From Hyaloraphidium curvatum SAG 235-1 (lineage: Eukaryota > Fungi > Monoblepharomycota): 64,000 nucleotides of DNA. A program made the position numbers and the translations under genes. The notes beneath the pieces are model-generated. The model was not told the DNA's origin and did not search any database. It worked only from the letters and a program-made list of their open reading frames with translations. Shown here in pieces: positions 36,784 to 48,856 of this stretch. The stretch spans positions 310,001-374,000 of the forward strand of contig JAIVFI010000020.1 in the NCBI GenBank assembly GCA_025558095.1, written 5' to 3'. Each line of letters begins with the position of its first letter. The stretch's first letter is position 1.

Positions 36784-38448
36784 ATGAAGGCTGCACTAGC
36801 GGCATCGATGCTCGCGCTCGCGCTCCTCAACGACTCCTCGGACCCCGCATCGGGGCCGCGGCTCTTGCCCCCGCTCGCCGACGTGGGCTTCCAACTCCCA
36901 TCCTCCCGTCTCGCGCCCCGGCAGAGCTGCCCGGATGGCCAAAAGGCATGCGACGGAACATTCTGTATAGTGAGCACGGCCTGTGCATTTTCACACGGCG
37001 GCATTGACCTAGGAGCACCGCATCGGTCCCCGCGCCCCGCCCACCGGTCGTGCATGTCGCACTTTCGCCTCGCCACGCTGCACGTCGCTCTCTACCCCTT
37101 CCCAGCCCTCCGACTCATCCTGCTGTGGCACGAACAACGGATTGTTTTGCTACTCTCCCTCTACCTGCAAATGGGACACGCTCGTTTCGACAATCAAGTG
37201 CCTCCTTCCATGCGCGAATGGGGTGTGCGCTTCCGACACGGCCTGCCATGCGGAGGACGGTCTCTGCTACCCTGCATGTCCGGGCTCCCGGAGCTATTGC
37301 CTGAACGGCAAGTGCTCCGCGGACGGACGGTGCCTGCTCCCCTGCAGCAGGCAGGTCCCCTGCACCGCGGCGGGGACCGTCTGCGGCCTCGACGGGACCT
37401 GCCACGAGGAATGCCCGGGGAAGCCCGGGATCTACTGCACCTCAGGGATCTGCGGCAAGGACAACGAGTGCCACGCTCTCTGCCCCGACAAGCTGCATTA
37501 CTGCGAGGTTGGTGTCTGCGGGAGCGACAACAGGTGCACCGTGTCCTCTTCGCCGACTCCGACGACGACCGTCCCGCCGGTCGTCACGACTCCGGCAGTG
37601 CAATCCACCACCACGGTGCCCAACCTGATCTCTCCCACCCCGCCGGCAAGAACCACGACAATACCGACGCCTGCAGCGTAGGCAGCCCCCATGTCCTACG
37701 AATGCAGTCCCTGCAGTTCCTGACCCTTTTCCGGCAGCACATCCCCGGTGAACCGCAACGGCACCACCGACGGCGACAGCGGCGGCAGCTCCGCAAACAT
37801 GGCCGCCATCATCGGAGGCGTCGTCGGCGGGGTCGCCGCACTGGGCCTGATCGCCGCTGCGGCGTACTACCTCATGCGCCGGGCCAAGCACGACGACATG
37901 CGCCACCGTCCGATCCAGGTCGCCGGGCCCACGCCCAAGGAGATGCAGGCGATCCCCAAGCACCCCGGCCCAACGCCCACCGTCGCCGCCGTGGCCGAGA
38001 CGGCCTACCACGACCCGTACTACGACTCCGCGGTGCTGATCGCGGAGGATGCGCCGCCCGAACCGAGGATCCCGATGCCGGTGGTCACCCTGCCATCGCC
38101 CGCCGAGCTGGCAGCCGCCGAATCCGCATGGGCACAACCGACGTCCGAAGATCCTTCCGAAGTGCCCACGAACGGGCCGACGTTCGCCGCGCCGGCTGCG
38201 GTCGTCCTTCCGGAGGATACGGAGCAGTGCGTCGCCGCGGTCAACTTCCGCGCCGAGCTGTCGGACGAGCTGGATCTCTTCGCGGGCGACGTGGTGTGCC
38301 TGGTGCGGAAACACGACGGTGAGTATCTCGCCAGTGCGAAACAGCGCGCACTCACCGACGTCGCCATGCAGATGGCTGGGCCCTGGTTTGCAGAGTCAGA
38401 GACGGCAAGGAGGGGATGGTGCCGCTGACGGTGCTCAGGGCCAAGTGA
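36784..38448 (+). CDS. Receptor-like protein: signal peptide, Cys-rich ectodomain, S/T stalk, TM, cytoplasmic SH3
   Basis: MKAALAASMLALALL; Cys-rich ORF 37142-37681; AIIGGVVGGVAALGLIAAAAYYL; AAVNFRAELSDELDLFAGDVV...DGWALV...EGMVPL. Confidence 0.8.
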
Positions 38449-38500
38449 AAGCGTGCCATTGTTTATGTATGCCATCATGGAATTGTGCCGACCGTCGTGC

Positions 38501-39484
38501 CTAGTCGCCCTGCCCGATCGGCCGAAAGCCGTTGGCGTACATGTACCGGCTGGCCCAGACGTAGATTCTTCGGAACCAGACCAGCTGGCTTCGGTGCTGA
38601 AGCATGGCGGCCTGCGGAATGACCGGCGTCGCCACGAAGGAAGGACCGGCAGCATCCCCGAGGAAGCGCGACATGGCGACGTCCGCGAACGCACTGTACT
38701 TGCGCAAGAGCGAAACGGAACGGAGCGCGAATGCTTTTGGCGCCTTGGGAGGCTGCGTGGAAACTACGAGTGATCTGCGGAGCGAGGAATGAGCCAATGC
38801 GCGGATAACGAGCAGCACGTCAACCAACCTGACGCCAGCATAACATGCGCGGTGATTCGGATGTCCGGATACCCCGTGACCGTCGAAAGTCAGGACCTGA
38901 GGTCTATGTAAGTCGACCATCCGTGGCGAGCTATGCTCCGTGCCCACGGTGTCGATGCGGTGCTTCTCCACTTCCCGAGCGACAATCCGACCGACGAGCT
39001 CGGGGTCCCAAGTCAGATTCATGCCGTCCTGCAGCTCGCTGTAACCGATGTGAGCGGCAGGTTCGAACTCGGACACAGTTGGCCAGTCCTCACGGGTGGT
39101 CGAGCACTTCAACGTGATCCAGTGGAATGCCAAACGTCTTGCAGCTCTCCACCAGCTCCTTGGTCCGAATATAGCCCAAACTGTCCCCGTTGCCTGCCGC
39201 CATAGTACGTAAAGCAAGGTTCCAATGTGCCCACTCCAGACCGACCGACCTGTCGACAGACAAAGCACGCGGACCGTCCTCTCCTTTCCCGGCCCGCTCT
39301 CTGCCGCTGCTCGTCCGGCCAGCCGCACCAACGTCGGCCCGAAGAACATGCATTCGTCGTCCGGGTGCGCGGTCACGAGCAGCACGCGGTTCCAGCCCGG
39401 CGGGACCGCGTCCGGCCCCCTCGCGAGGTAAATGTAGTAGAGAAGAGCGGGAATCAAAAAGGCGAGGACTATTTGGAGGAGCAT
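38501..39484 (-). CDS. GPI12: GlcNAc-PI de-N-acetylase (PIG-L), multi-exon
   Basis: LLVTAHPDDECMFFGPT, LCLSTG, LTFDGHGVSGHPNH, AMLQHRSQLVWFR. Confidence 0.92.
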   Translation of the reverse strand: MLLQIVLAFLIPALLYYIYLARGPDAVPPGWNRVLLVTAHPDDECMFFGPTLVRLAGRAAAESGPGKERTVRVLCLSTGRSVWSGHIGTLLYVLWRQATGTVWAIFGPRSWWRAARRLAFHWITLKCSTTREDWPTVSEFEPAAHIGYSELQDGMNLTWDPELVGRIVAREVEKHRIDTVGTEHSSPRMVDLHRPQVLTFDGHGVSGHPNHRACYAGVRLVDVLLVIRALAHSSLRRSLVVSTQPPKAPKAFALRSVSLLRKYSAFADVAMSRFLGDAAGPSFVATPVIPQAAMLQHRSQLVWFRRIYVWASRYMYANGFRPIGQGD

Positions 39485-39562
39485 TGCGCCCGGCTTCGAG
39501 GGGCCGCTGCCTGGGCCGCTGGTGATGATCGACGCGACCGCAACAACCAACTCGTCGGAGCA

Positions 39563-40745
39563 ATGGAGCTGACTCCGGAGGCCAGGGCCCTCGTGACGGG
39601 CGACGACGACGACGAATCGAACGAGCTCCCCGATACCTCGGCGCATTCGCAGTTCAAGGGCCTCGATGCGGGCGACATCGTGGCCCAGCTCCAGAACCAT
39701 CCGTTCTTCATGAACGACCTCCCGGGGGGCTTGGAGGAGAACGACATGCTCGAGGCGATGAGGGAGCTGGTCTATGAAGGCCCACCGGAAGGTCGGTTGG
39801 CGGCTTTCGGGACCCCTGAGGCACGAGAACGTGCTGAATGCTCGTCGGCAAATAGAGGTCGCGGCCAACTTCAAGAACCAGGGCAACGAGGCTTTCAAGC
39901 GGGGAAAGGCGGGCTATCGGGACGCACTGGAGTTTTACACGAGCGGCCTGGCGGTCAAGGCCGGGGACCCTTTGCTCGACGCCGTCCTGCACGCGAACCG
40001 CGCCGCGGTCAACCTGGAGCTGAAGAACTACCGCGCCGTGCTGAACGACTGCGCCGAGGCAATCAAACTGGACCCGTCGAACGTCAAGGCGTACTACCGC
40101 GCGGCCAGGGCGTGCCTCGCGCTCGGGAGGCTGAAGGAGGCGCTCGACGCCGCGGAGCGGGGCCTCGCGATCGACGCGGAGAATGCCCCGCTCAGGGCCG
40201 AGAAGGACAAGATCGAGGCGAAGCTCCGGGAGGAGAAGCGGAAGGAGGACGAGAAGAAGGCGCGGCAGCGGCAGGAGAAGATGGCGGAGCTGCGCCTCGC
40301 GCAGGCGCTGCGGATGCGCGGGCTGCGGATGCGGGGTGCGCCGAAAGTGGAGGACGCCCGGGTCAAGCTGGATCCGGAAACGAACAGGCTCTTCTGGCCA
40401 GTGTTTTTCCTCTATCCGGAGCACAAGGAGTCTGATTTCGTCAAGGCCTTCGATGAGGCCGACACGCTGGACGACCAGCTGGAGACAATGTTCGAGGAGT
40501 TGGCGCCGTGGGACTCGGCGGGCGAGTACCGCGCAGACTCGGTCGACGTGTTTGTCGAGGATGCCGATTCGGACGGCAAGCGGCTGTTCCGCGTGCCCAG
40601 CGCCAAGACTCTGGGCGAGATCCTGCAGAGCCGGGGCTTTGTCGTCAAGAATGGCATCCCGAGCTTCTTTGTCGTGCCCAGGACGGGCGCCTCGCGGGAA
40701 CGATTCCTCGGCAGGTACGAGCAGGTCGTCGACCTGCCGGGCTAG
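39563..40745 (+). CDS. CNS1: TPR co-chaperone TTC4/Cns1
   Basis: HPFFM, LEAMRELVYEG, ANFKNQGNEAFK, NRAAVNLELKNYR, LFWPVFFLYPE..SDF. Confidence 0.9.
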
Positions 40746-40756
40746 GTGGCCACAAA

Positions 40757-41114
40757 CTAAGTGGCCACGAATGCCCACATGACTAGTCCATGGGCGATTG
40801 AGCAGAGTCTATAGAGGTTTCTGAACGAGGTCTTTCGCGTCTGTCGAGGAGTTACAGTCAAGGACGCGTCTCGGCCATTGCGCGGCGCAGGCCACCTTGT
40901 GGCGAAAGACAGCCATTCCGAGCCATGCTCCGATGATGCCCCCGCACAGCGTGGCCATGTGGAGGGCGGCCTCGGGCACCCTCAGGAGTCCGGCGCGCCC
41001 GAGAAATTTGTCAAACGCGAACAAGAAAAGCGTGAACACGTTGATGTAGACGTAGTAGGAATACCATGCCCGGAGGAATACGACGATTCGATACGGCACG
41101 AGGAGGTATTCCAT
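40757..41114 (-). CDS. DUF1294 family membrane protein, 2 exons
   Basis: INVFTLFLFAFDK, RVPEAALH, GG..GAWLGM..FRHK/TRK; intron 40841-40895. Confidence 0.85.
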
Positions 41115-41184
41115 TTGGTCTGTATGCCGGACGGCCGTTGATGGGACGTGCATCCCAAACCTCAGTCGTAACGTCGGTCCCGGG

Positions 41185-43590
41185 ATGGAGGACGAGCCGG
41201 GGGAGGCGGACGAGCAGGCGGCGCTGGCCGCGGTGGTCGACGAGCATCACCGGCGAGGTGCGCGGGCCGCCGCTTGCCCCGCCGGCGTCTCACACGCCGC
41301 AGGGAAAGCCGCGGTGCTCGAGGTGTTCGACGCCCTCCGCGCCTCCAACGCCGCCAAGGTGGCCGAGCTCGAGCGGCAGCTGGCGGAGGCGCGCGACGAG
41401 GCGCGGGCGCTGGGCGACCGGGTGCGCGCGCTGGAGGCTCGGCCGGCCACGGCGAGGTGCGCGGTTCGCACGGCAACGCGGCCGGAGCTCACCCGCCCCG
41501 CGCAGCGCATCGGTGCAGACGGAGCCGGACGATACGGCAGAGAACGAGATCAAGCGCCTCACGGCGGCGCTGGAGGAGGAGACGGCAAAGTACCAGGCTT
41601 CGTACACGCGCGCACTGACGTGGGCTCCAACGTCGCCGCTTCCCGTGGTTGGACTGTGCTGACCGGCTGTCCAGACTGAGCGAGACGGCTAAAGAGTGGC
41701 TCAAGGCAGGGAGGTACCTCAAGCAGCTCAACAACCGTTTCCAGGCCAACTTCGATGCGGTGGTGCAGTTCGCCATTGCCCAAGGGGTGCCCAAGGACCT
41801 GCTCGCGCCCTTCGCATACGAGCACGAGCGGACCAAGGTTGCGACCGTTCGCCTCATCGAGGATGTCGGGGACGACGAGTTCGAGTCGTTGTTCAAGCCG
41901 CGCGGTGGTGTGTGTCGCATCCTTGCCCGTCGGTTCCCAGTGCTGACGAGCGCACCAGACGACAACTCGACCAAGTCCACCCCCAAATCCGGCGTCTCCT
42001 CCCTCGCCAGCTCCTCGCGCAAGCGCACTCCGCGCGCCGCGGACACGGGACCCGGCGCCAAGGCAGCGCGCATTTCTCTGCATCAAGCGTCGCCCAGCCC
42101 GCTAGGGCGCTCTGCGACGGTTAGCGGCGCCGCGGGCCCCGTGCAACCCGCGGTGCAGATGGACGGCGGTTCCGGTGTGGGGAAGGAGGACGTCGCGCCG
42201 GAACCGGAGGCGGACTCGCTCAGCCAGACGCAGCCGCTGTCGGGGGTCAGGCGGATCCTCGGCCGAGCGGCCGCTCCGCCGCAGCCCGCATCGCCGCCGC
42301 CGCGGAGAGCATCGCCGGAACCCAGCCTGCCTCGCGCTGCGCCGTCTCCGGAGCCGATCTTGCGCCGTGCATCCTCGGAGCCGACCCCGCGCGTGCTTGG
42401 AGCTGGATCTCCCAGTCCGTCAAAGCTGCCCGCCGACGCAACTCGTACCTCGCCGACCGCAGTCGCTTCTGCCCACAAACCCTCAGCCCCACGGGCAATC
42501 GCCTCTCCTCAAAAATCGTCGCCGCCAAGGCCTGCGAGCCCCGCGAGGGAACCGCTGCAGGAACGCTCCAACTCCCAACCTCCTTCAGCCGACCCGCCCA
42601 CGGACGAGATGGAAGGTTGCTGCCCTTCTCCTCCCCCCTCGCCGCCCGCGGAGCTCGGTCGCTCCTTCTCGCCCGACTCCCCGACGCAGCCGCTCCCCTC
42701 CCGCCGCGTGCGGATCGGCGGCGTGGTCCCGATCCCCACCGACGCCCCGCCGTTGCACGACACCGACGCCTCCACCGTCCCGCTCGACCTCCCCATGTCG
42801 CCGCGCTTCCTCCGGCAGGAACCCGACAGCCTGCCCTACGAGTTCTACGATGCCATGGAGGTTCCTGAGGAGGAGGAGAGCCTGAGGGTGCTGGAGGAGA
42901 GCCCGGGGAGCGAGCTGAACAGCATGTTCCTGCCGCAACCACACGAGGGGGATGCAGGGGGGGACAGCGACGGCGACGAGAGGCGCGGGCTTCCTGCGGC
43001 GGGGATGGGCGGGGCGCGCGGGGGCTACGGAGCCTGGGAGGACCGGGACAGATGGAGGCGGTCGAGGAGCGAGGGCGAAGAGGAAGGGGAGAGGCTGAGG
43101 TTCGATTCGCCGCGCAAGCGGGGGCCCGGCGGCGTCCGGCCTGTTGCAGGCGGGCAGCAGTACAGGAGGAAGACCGACATCGGCCTGCCCGTGCGGGAGG
43201 GTAGGCCCGGAGGGCTCGCGGGGCGGCGGTCAAGCGACCCGCCCCCGCTGGCTTACAACGAGACGGTGCGCAAGAAGGAGGAGAGGAGGAAGCTGCACGG
43301 GACCACCTGCGCGTGCTGCCAGGACGTGGGTGTTGCGCGCCCTGACCAGCTTTGCTCTCGCTGACCTGCACATGCACATCCAGTACGCCTTCAAGACCTT
43401 CATCGACCCCAGCGTGCTTCCGGACCCCAACGCGCCCGGGCTGAACCTGCCCCGCACGGTGGACGAGCGGCTGCAGCAGCTGAGCAAGCACAGGCAGACG
43501 TTCGTACGTTCGGGCACGCCGGAGGGGTACTGGGACATGGACTTTCCGTCGACGCAGCAGCTGGAGGAGCGCAACGGGAGGCGGCGGTGA
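41185..43590 (+). CDS. Sae2/Ctp1/CtIP DNA end-resection factor, multi-exon
   Basis: N-terminal coiled coil; C-terminal YNETVRKKEERRKLHGTTCACC, SKHR, TPEGYWDMDFPSTQ. Confidence 0.85.
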
Positions 43591-43666
43591 TGCGGATCTG
43601 GGGGCAATCGATATCTGTTGGCACTCGACTTATGTTTTTCGATCTCTGTCTATTCAATTGAGACGC

Positions 43667-45729
43667 TTAACCGCTGCGTGGATGAGCTTGCGGTTCCGGG
43701 GGCTTCGGGGTCCGCCTCTGGATCGACACAAATTGGATCACCATCGCAGCCATGATGCCGATGTCCAATCCTGTTGCGTCGCCGAGGTTGCTCCGCGCAA
43801 TGAACTTGCGGCTCTTCTCCTCGGCCACACTCAGTCGAGGGCCCGTGAAGTACTTCATGGTGTCGAAAAGAACAATGATGAGACCCGGCTCCGGCGTCGG
43901 TGGCTTCACCCCGACGAGCGGCATGCTCCGCCAGGCGGCGGGCATGGAATAGGCATTAAGCGGGGTGGAATCCAGCACGGCGGAGTAGTTGAAAAGGGGG
44001 GATGATGATGGAACTCCAGACCTCCGAGCTCGAAAGCAGCTCAACGGGCACAGTTCGTAGATAGTCCATCATTTCGGGGACGGTTCCAAAGCGAGAAAAT
44101 TCGTTCACGACGGTGCCGACGTGAACCCGGTTGGGCGCAAAGGGCACATCATCCTTCACGAGCGATTTCACGCTGTACAGGTCCCCGAGCTCCGCAAAAT
44201 GTTTGATCACCTTGCTCCAATGCTGCAGATTCACAGGAATTCCAGGCTCCGCAAAGACCGCGAATGCTTGCTTTGCCCGTTCCGGGTCTGTTGGGCGACT
44301 CAAGACGGCATCAAGCAGCACCGAGCCAATGCCGGGGCTGAGCGGGATCCCGGACGCAACCATCTTCTCGAACGTCGCGATGGCCTGATCATGTCGCTGG
44401 GTGGCAAGGTAGAAAGAAACTTCTGTCGAAGCAAAGGCATCTGATGGCGCCTTTCCCCCCGCCCTCTGCAGCTCGATCATTTTCTCTCCCGCTTTCCAGT
44501 CACCACGATCGATCGCGCCGTCCAGAAGCACCGCAATCGTTCCATCATCGTACTTGACGCGGAACGGATCGCCGCTAAAGCACTCGACGTGGCATGGGCA
44601 AGCCGGGGATGGCCCCAACGCACAAAGGCGGTCAGCATGGCGCACATTACGTGGTTGTCCACGAGTTGGCGGTCGGATGCAGCATAAACCACGATCTGTA
44701 TTATCTTGCGCACCGGAGTCCGCGAACCGGAAAGCCGTGCTGGTCGGCAAAGGTCACTCAAGGTCGGGGGGTCCGGAGCGGCAAGGAGGGCCCGCAAGGC
44801 TTCGGCAAGGTTGGGCTCCAGTTCCAAAGCATCGAGATCATCCTCCCTCGGTGAACCAGCGCGGAAAATCCGGCTCCCTTTCATTTCGGCAAACTTCGAT
44901 CCTCAGAATGCGAGACTGTGGCCTCGGCGACGGCCTGCAGGAACAGCGGCACGAAGAACGGGGAAGTTTGAAGCTTCGGAACTCTCCCGAGAACGTGGTG
45001 TAGTAGCCCATTGAACCCACCCTGCGCACCAGGGCTGCAATGTGCCTCACGTCCAGGCGCAGGCCGTACGTGGACTGCAGTTGGTCCATCAGTTTCCTAC
45101 ACTCCCCATATGTGCTGGCGGAGCGAGAGTCAGAATGCGTGTGCGCCGCGAAGTCTGTCGCTCGCACCTGAGACGCGGATCGCGGAGCTGTATCAGGAAA
45201 GTGAAAGCAGACGGATGAAATTTGACGCCGTTGGTCGTGGCATCTTTGAAGAGCAGGCCCAGCCTCTCGGCCGCTTGGCCGGCTCGTTCTCAGACGGGGG
45301 GATCGGCGTTGTGCTCTAAGCTCCGAGATGGAATTGCGCCGAAATCAGCCTGGCGGCGACCACAACGTCGTTGTTTCTCAGGCCCTTGGTCGACCCGAGC
45401 TCTCTGAACGCCTCCCAGGCCTCGGCCGCATTTTGCTGGCTCGGGACGGCCTTCTTGGCCTTGTCGCCTTCCAGGCGATTAAGAGTAGCGCGGAATCACG
45501 CAACCGGTTCGGGATCCCGCGACATCGTGGACTCGGATCGGCGTGCCGGGTGCCGTCCACGGGAGGAGAGAGGAGACAAGCGAAAGGCGTGGGACGCGTC
45601 GGTGCGGAAAGCCCGGGGGGCGGGCAGCAACGTCGCTGCCCGGGCTGCGGAATACAACAACAGGGCATCATGTTGCTGCCTAGCAATGGCAGAGAGCCGC
45701 CTCTGGAGGCGTTGCAGCGGCGTCGCCAT
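43667..45729 (-). pseudogene. Decayed PPR-like mitochondrial protein gene (copy 1)
   Basis: Colinear with 46600-48781; in-frame TGA at 45496-45498 opposite Arg in the paralog; several frameshifts and deletions. Confidence 0.75.
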
Positions 45730-45813
45730 TCAAGAACCTGGCAAATGATCGACGCGGCTTGTCAACACGATCTGTCTCCCACTATGCACGCGCTGACGCT
45801 CCCCGCCGCCGAA

Positions 45814-46443
45814 ATGGCGGCCGCCAAATCCGAGTTCGAGCGGTTCTTCTTTGAGCGTTACATCGCTGGCTTCGTCGCCTTTGCGCGGGGAAGCGATGCG
45901 TCGGCACTGGACCTTTCCCAGTTCTACAATATCCCGATTTGTCTGTCTAGACCTGAGAATCCGTGGGCTTTTCGCAAGTGCATTCTCCGTGAGCACATGT
46001 TTACAGCACGATCCTGCTGCATGCGGGGCGCGCACATCGAAAAGCTGGTTCTTCAAAGCAGCTGCAGAGGCGAATCGCATGTTCAAGGTCATGCACGAGC
46101 GATTCCTCCGTCCCTCCGACTTTGCCGATCTCGTTGTGCTCGATAAGCGTCTCGACGTGCTCAACACCAACTACGCAACGGTGCAGGTCTTTTGGCAGTT
46201 TGTTGATTCAAAGGGGAAGGAGTTCTTTCGAGAGGGTGGGTGTTCCTCCCTTCAAGGGCGAGCTGTTGTTGTTTACTTCCCGACACTGAAACCCTTCCAG
46301 CGGTGGTGTACACGATCCAGCGACTGCCGCAGGGGCTTCGAGTGACTGCGATCTGTCCGGCGTTTCCGACAAGGGAGGCAAGGACAGTGGAGGAGGCTTG
46401 GAAGAGCGCGGGGGCGCTCTTCGACGAGAAGGCAAAGTTGTGA
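45814..46443 (+). CDS. Small protein, possibly NTF2-like fold, with C-terminal PTS1 (-AKL); internal splicing unresolved
   Basis: FFFERYIAGF...QFYNIP...YATVQVFWQFVDSKGKEF / AVVYTIQR...DEKAKL*; start 45784 or 45814. Confidence 0.55.
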
Positions 46444-46599
46444 TCTTCTGCATCGGCGTGGATAGACAAAGTTCCGACGGCTGCGAAACGGCAGAAGCGT
46501 CGTAGTATGCGTTACAGACCCGTAGCCGACAGCAACCTCGCCAGGCGGGGGCCTCGACGGATCCGCAGAGCGATCACCGCCGTCCCGGCGCCCGCGCCG

Positions 46600-48781
46600 C
46601 TAATCACTGCGGGGATGCTTAACGCGCTCCAATACCAACGACCGCTGCACCAGCTCGAGCATCCCCAAGGCATCCAGGCCCGTCGCCTCGCCGTACCCGT
46701 TCTGCGCCAGGAACTTGCGTCCCTTACCCTCCAGGACGGCGAGCTGAGGGCCCGTGGCGTACCGCATGGTGTCGAAGAGGATGATGACGAGCCCCATCTG
46801 AGGTTTCGGCGGAGGCATCCCGGCGAGCGGCACGTCCCGTAGACCGGCGGGCATGGAGTACGGATGCAGGGGCACGGCATCCAAGACGGCGCACGCAAGG
46901 GCAAAGAGCGTGTCCGCGTAGTCCTTCTTGTCCGTCGCCCGCACATGCCGGATCAGACAGACAAATACCGCAGCCCACAGCTCCGAGGACGTCAGGCGAT
47001 CGCGGGGCAGCGTCTTGAGGTACCTTACGAACTGGCCAAACTCCCCGCAACGGGCGTACGTGTGGACGACGAGGGAGATGAGCACGTCGTCGAGGGGAAA
47101 GGGAAACGCCTCCAGCAGCTCGTCGACGCTCCGTAGATCCCCCTGGTCCGCAAAGTGCTGGATTGTTTTCGTCCAATGCTGCAGGTCCACCGCGATGCCC
47201 AGCTCTGCAAAGGCTCCGAAGATCCGCTTCGCCCGCTCCACGGCGGATTCGCTGTCGGCGCCGCTGCCATGCCCGAGAATGGCGTCCATGAGTACAGAGC
47301 CCAAGACGCTGCTTATCTCCTTATCCTTGACCATCTTCCGAAGTATCTCAATCGCCCGGTCGTACTGTCGCGTCCGCAAGAAGTAACCAACGAGAGTGGT
47401 CCTGAGTTCCTTCGAAGATTTGGCACCCAGCCGCTCCTGCAAGGCAATCAGCCCCTGCACCTCGGTCCAGTCCTCGCGGTACTCGGCGTCCTTCAGGAAC
47501 AAGTTGATCGCCCTGTTTCCCCGGCTTGATGTTGTAGGGCGGAGACGAGATGCACTCCATCACGGCACGGGCGAGGCGGTGGTGCCTCCAAGCCAACAGG
47601 GACTGCACCACGGTATCCCAGGCGTAATGTTTCGAGTCCAACCCCGTGCTCGAGGAGCGCAGGCCCACGAGGGACATGGCAAGGATCTGCAGGACCTTGC
47701 GGGTGGGAGGGTTGCACCCCGGCGGCTGGTCCGGGCGGTACGTGTCGGCCAGGGAGGGCGCGGTCTGGGAGGACACGAGCCCGCGGACGGCTTCGACGGG
47801 GTCCTCGGCCGATTCCAGGGGGTCCAGGTCGGATTCGCGGAGGTCGCGGGATCGAATGAGCTTGTGGTCCTTGAGGTCAGCCCAGAGGGGCACCGCGAGG
47901 TCGGCCACGAAAGTTGTGCTCCGCGGGTGGCCGGGTAGGTCCTCGGACGCGGCTGGAGCGGCCTCGGTTACGGCCGCAACATACAGGTTCATGAGGTAAG
48001 CCTCGTTGCCGAACGGAGTCGATAGCCAGCACCATGGCCTCGTGCAGGAGCTTGCAAAAGGCGGTGTAGTTGCCGTCGAATGCGACCTTCCTCAGGAGCG
48101 CCGAGACCGTCTTGGCGGTCACGCACAGGGCCGTCGGGTACATGGACAGCAGGAGGTCCACCATCTCCCTGCACGCTGCGTACGTGCCTAAGCGGTCGTC
48201 GTTGAGCTGGATAAACCAAGTGATCGCCATGGGGTACATCTCCACCCCGGCGGCGCGGGCATCCTGGAGCACGCGAAACACTCTGGACGAGGCCTCGGCC
48301 GCGCGTTCGGCTATGCCAGGGTCGAGCTTGAAGTGCTTGGTGCGGCGGGCCTCGACGAGCTCTCCGATCGAGAAAAACGATATGTGCTTGACGGTGAGCT
48401 CGAAGTCCCTGCGCGTGAACCCTTGGCGGAGCCGAGGGCAAGGTATGCTTGCCACGTTTTCGCGGGGTCTTCGGCACGAGCCTTCTTGCCTCGCTCAAGG
48501 TCCCCGAGGACGGCCCGGAACCGCTCCAAAGGTTCAGAATCCGGCGGCATCGTGGATTCTGATCGGCGTGCGGGATCCCATTTGGCAGGAGAGGAAGCGG
48601 CGGGGCCGCGGGAGGAGGGAGGAGAGCGGGGCAAGGCGTGGGACGCGTCGGTGCGGAAACTCCGGGGCGAGGGGGGGACCACTGAGGCCCGGGCTGCAGA
48701 GCACAACAGCAGAGCATTATGTTGCTGCCCAGCAATGGCGGGGAACCGCCTCGCAAGGCGCCGCAGCGATGAGATCGCCAT
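46600..48781 (-). pseudogene. PPR-like mitochondrial protein gene (copy 2), broken by three 1-nt frameshifts (pseudogene or assembly errors)
   Basis: Arg-rich presequence MAISSLRRLARRF; PPR-like helices (TTLVGYFLRTRQYDRAIEILRKM, HWTKTIQHFADQGD, LISLVVHTYARCGE); four overlapping ORFs. Confidence 0.7.
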
Positions 48782-48856
48782 TTGCGTTCGTTGCGCGATC
48801 GACGCCGGCCCCGTTCCTCAAACACCGATCTGCTGGACCCACTTCCCCGGCCAGCG

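Noticed and set aside
38501-39484. PIG-L deacetylase as part of the amino-sugar pathway
   Set aside because: It has the canonical eukaryotic GPI12 features (N-terminal anchor, HRSQLVWFR), so proximity is likely coincidental
43667-48781. Transposon origin of the duplicated PPR-like block
   Set aside because: No transposase or RT motifs, terminal repeats or target-site duplications seen
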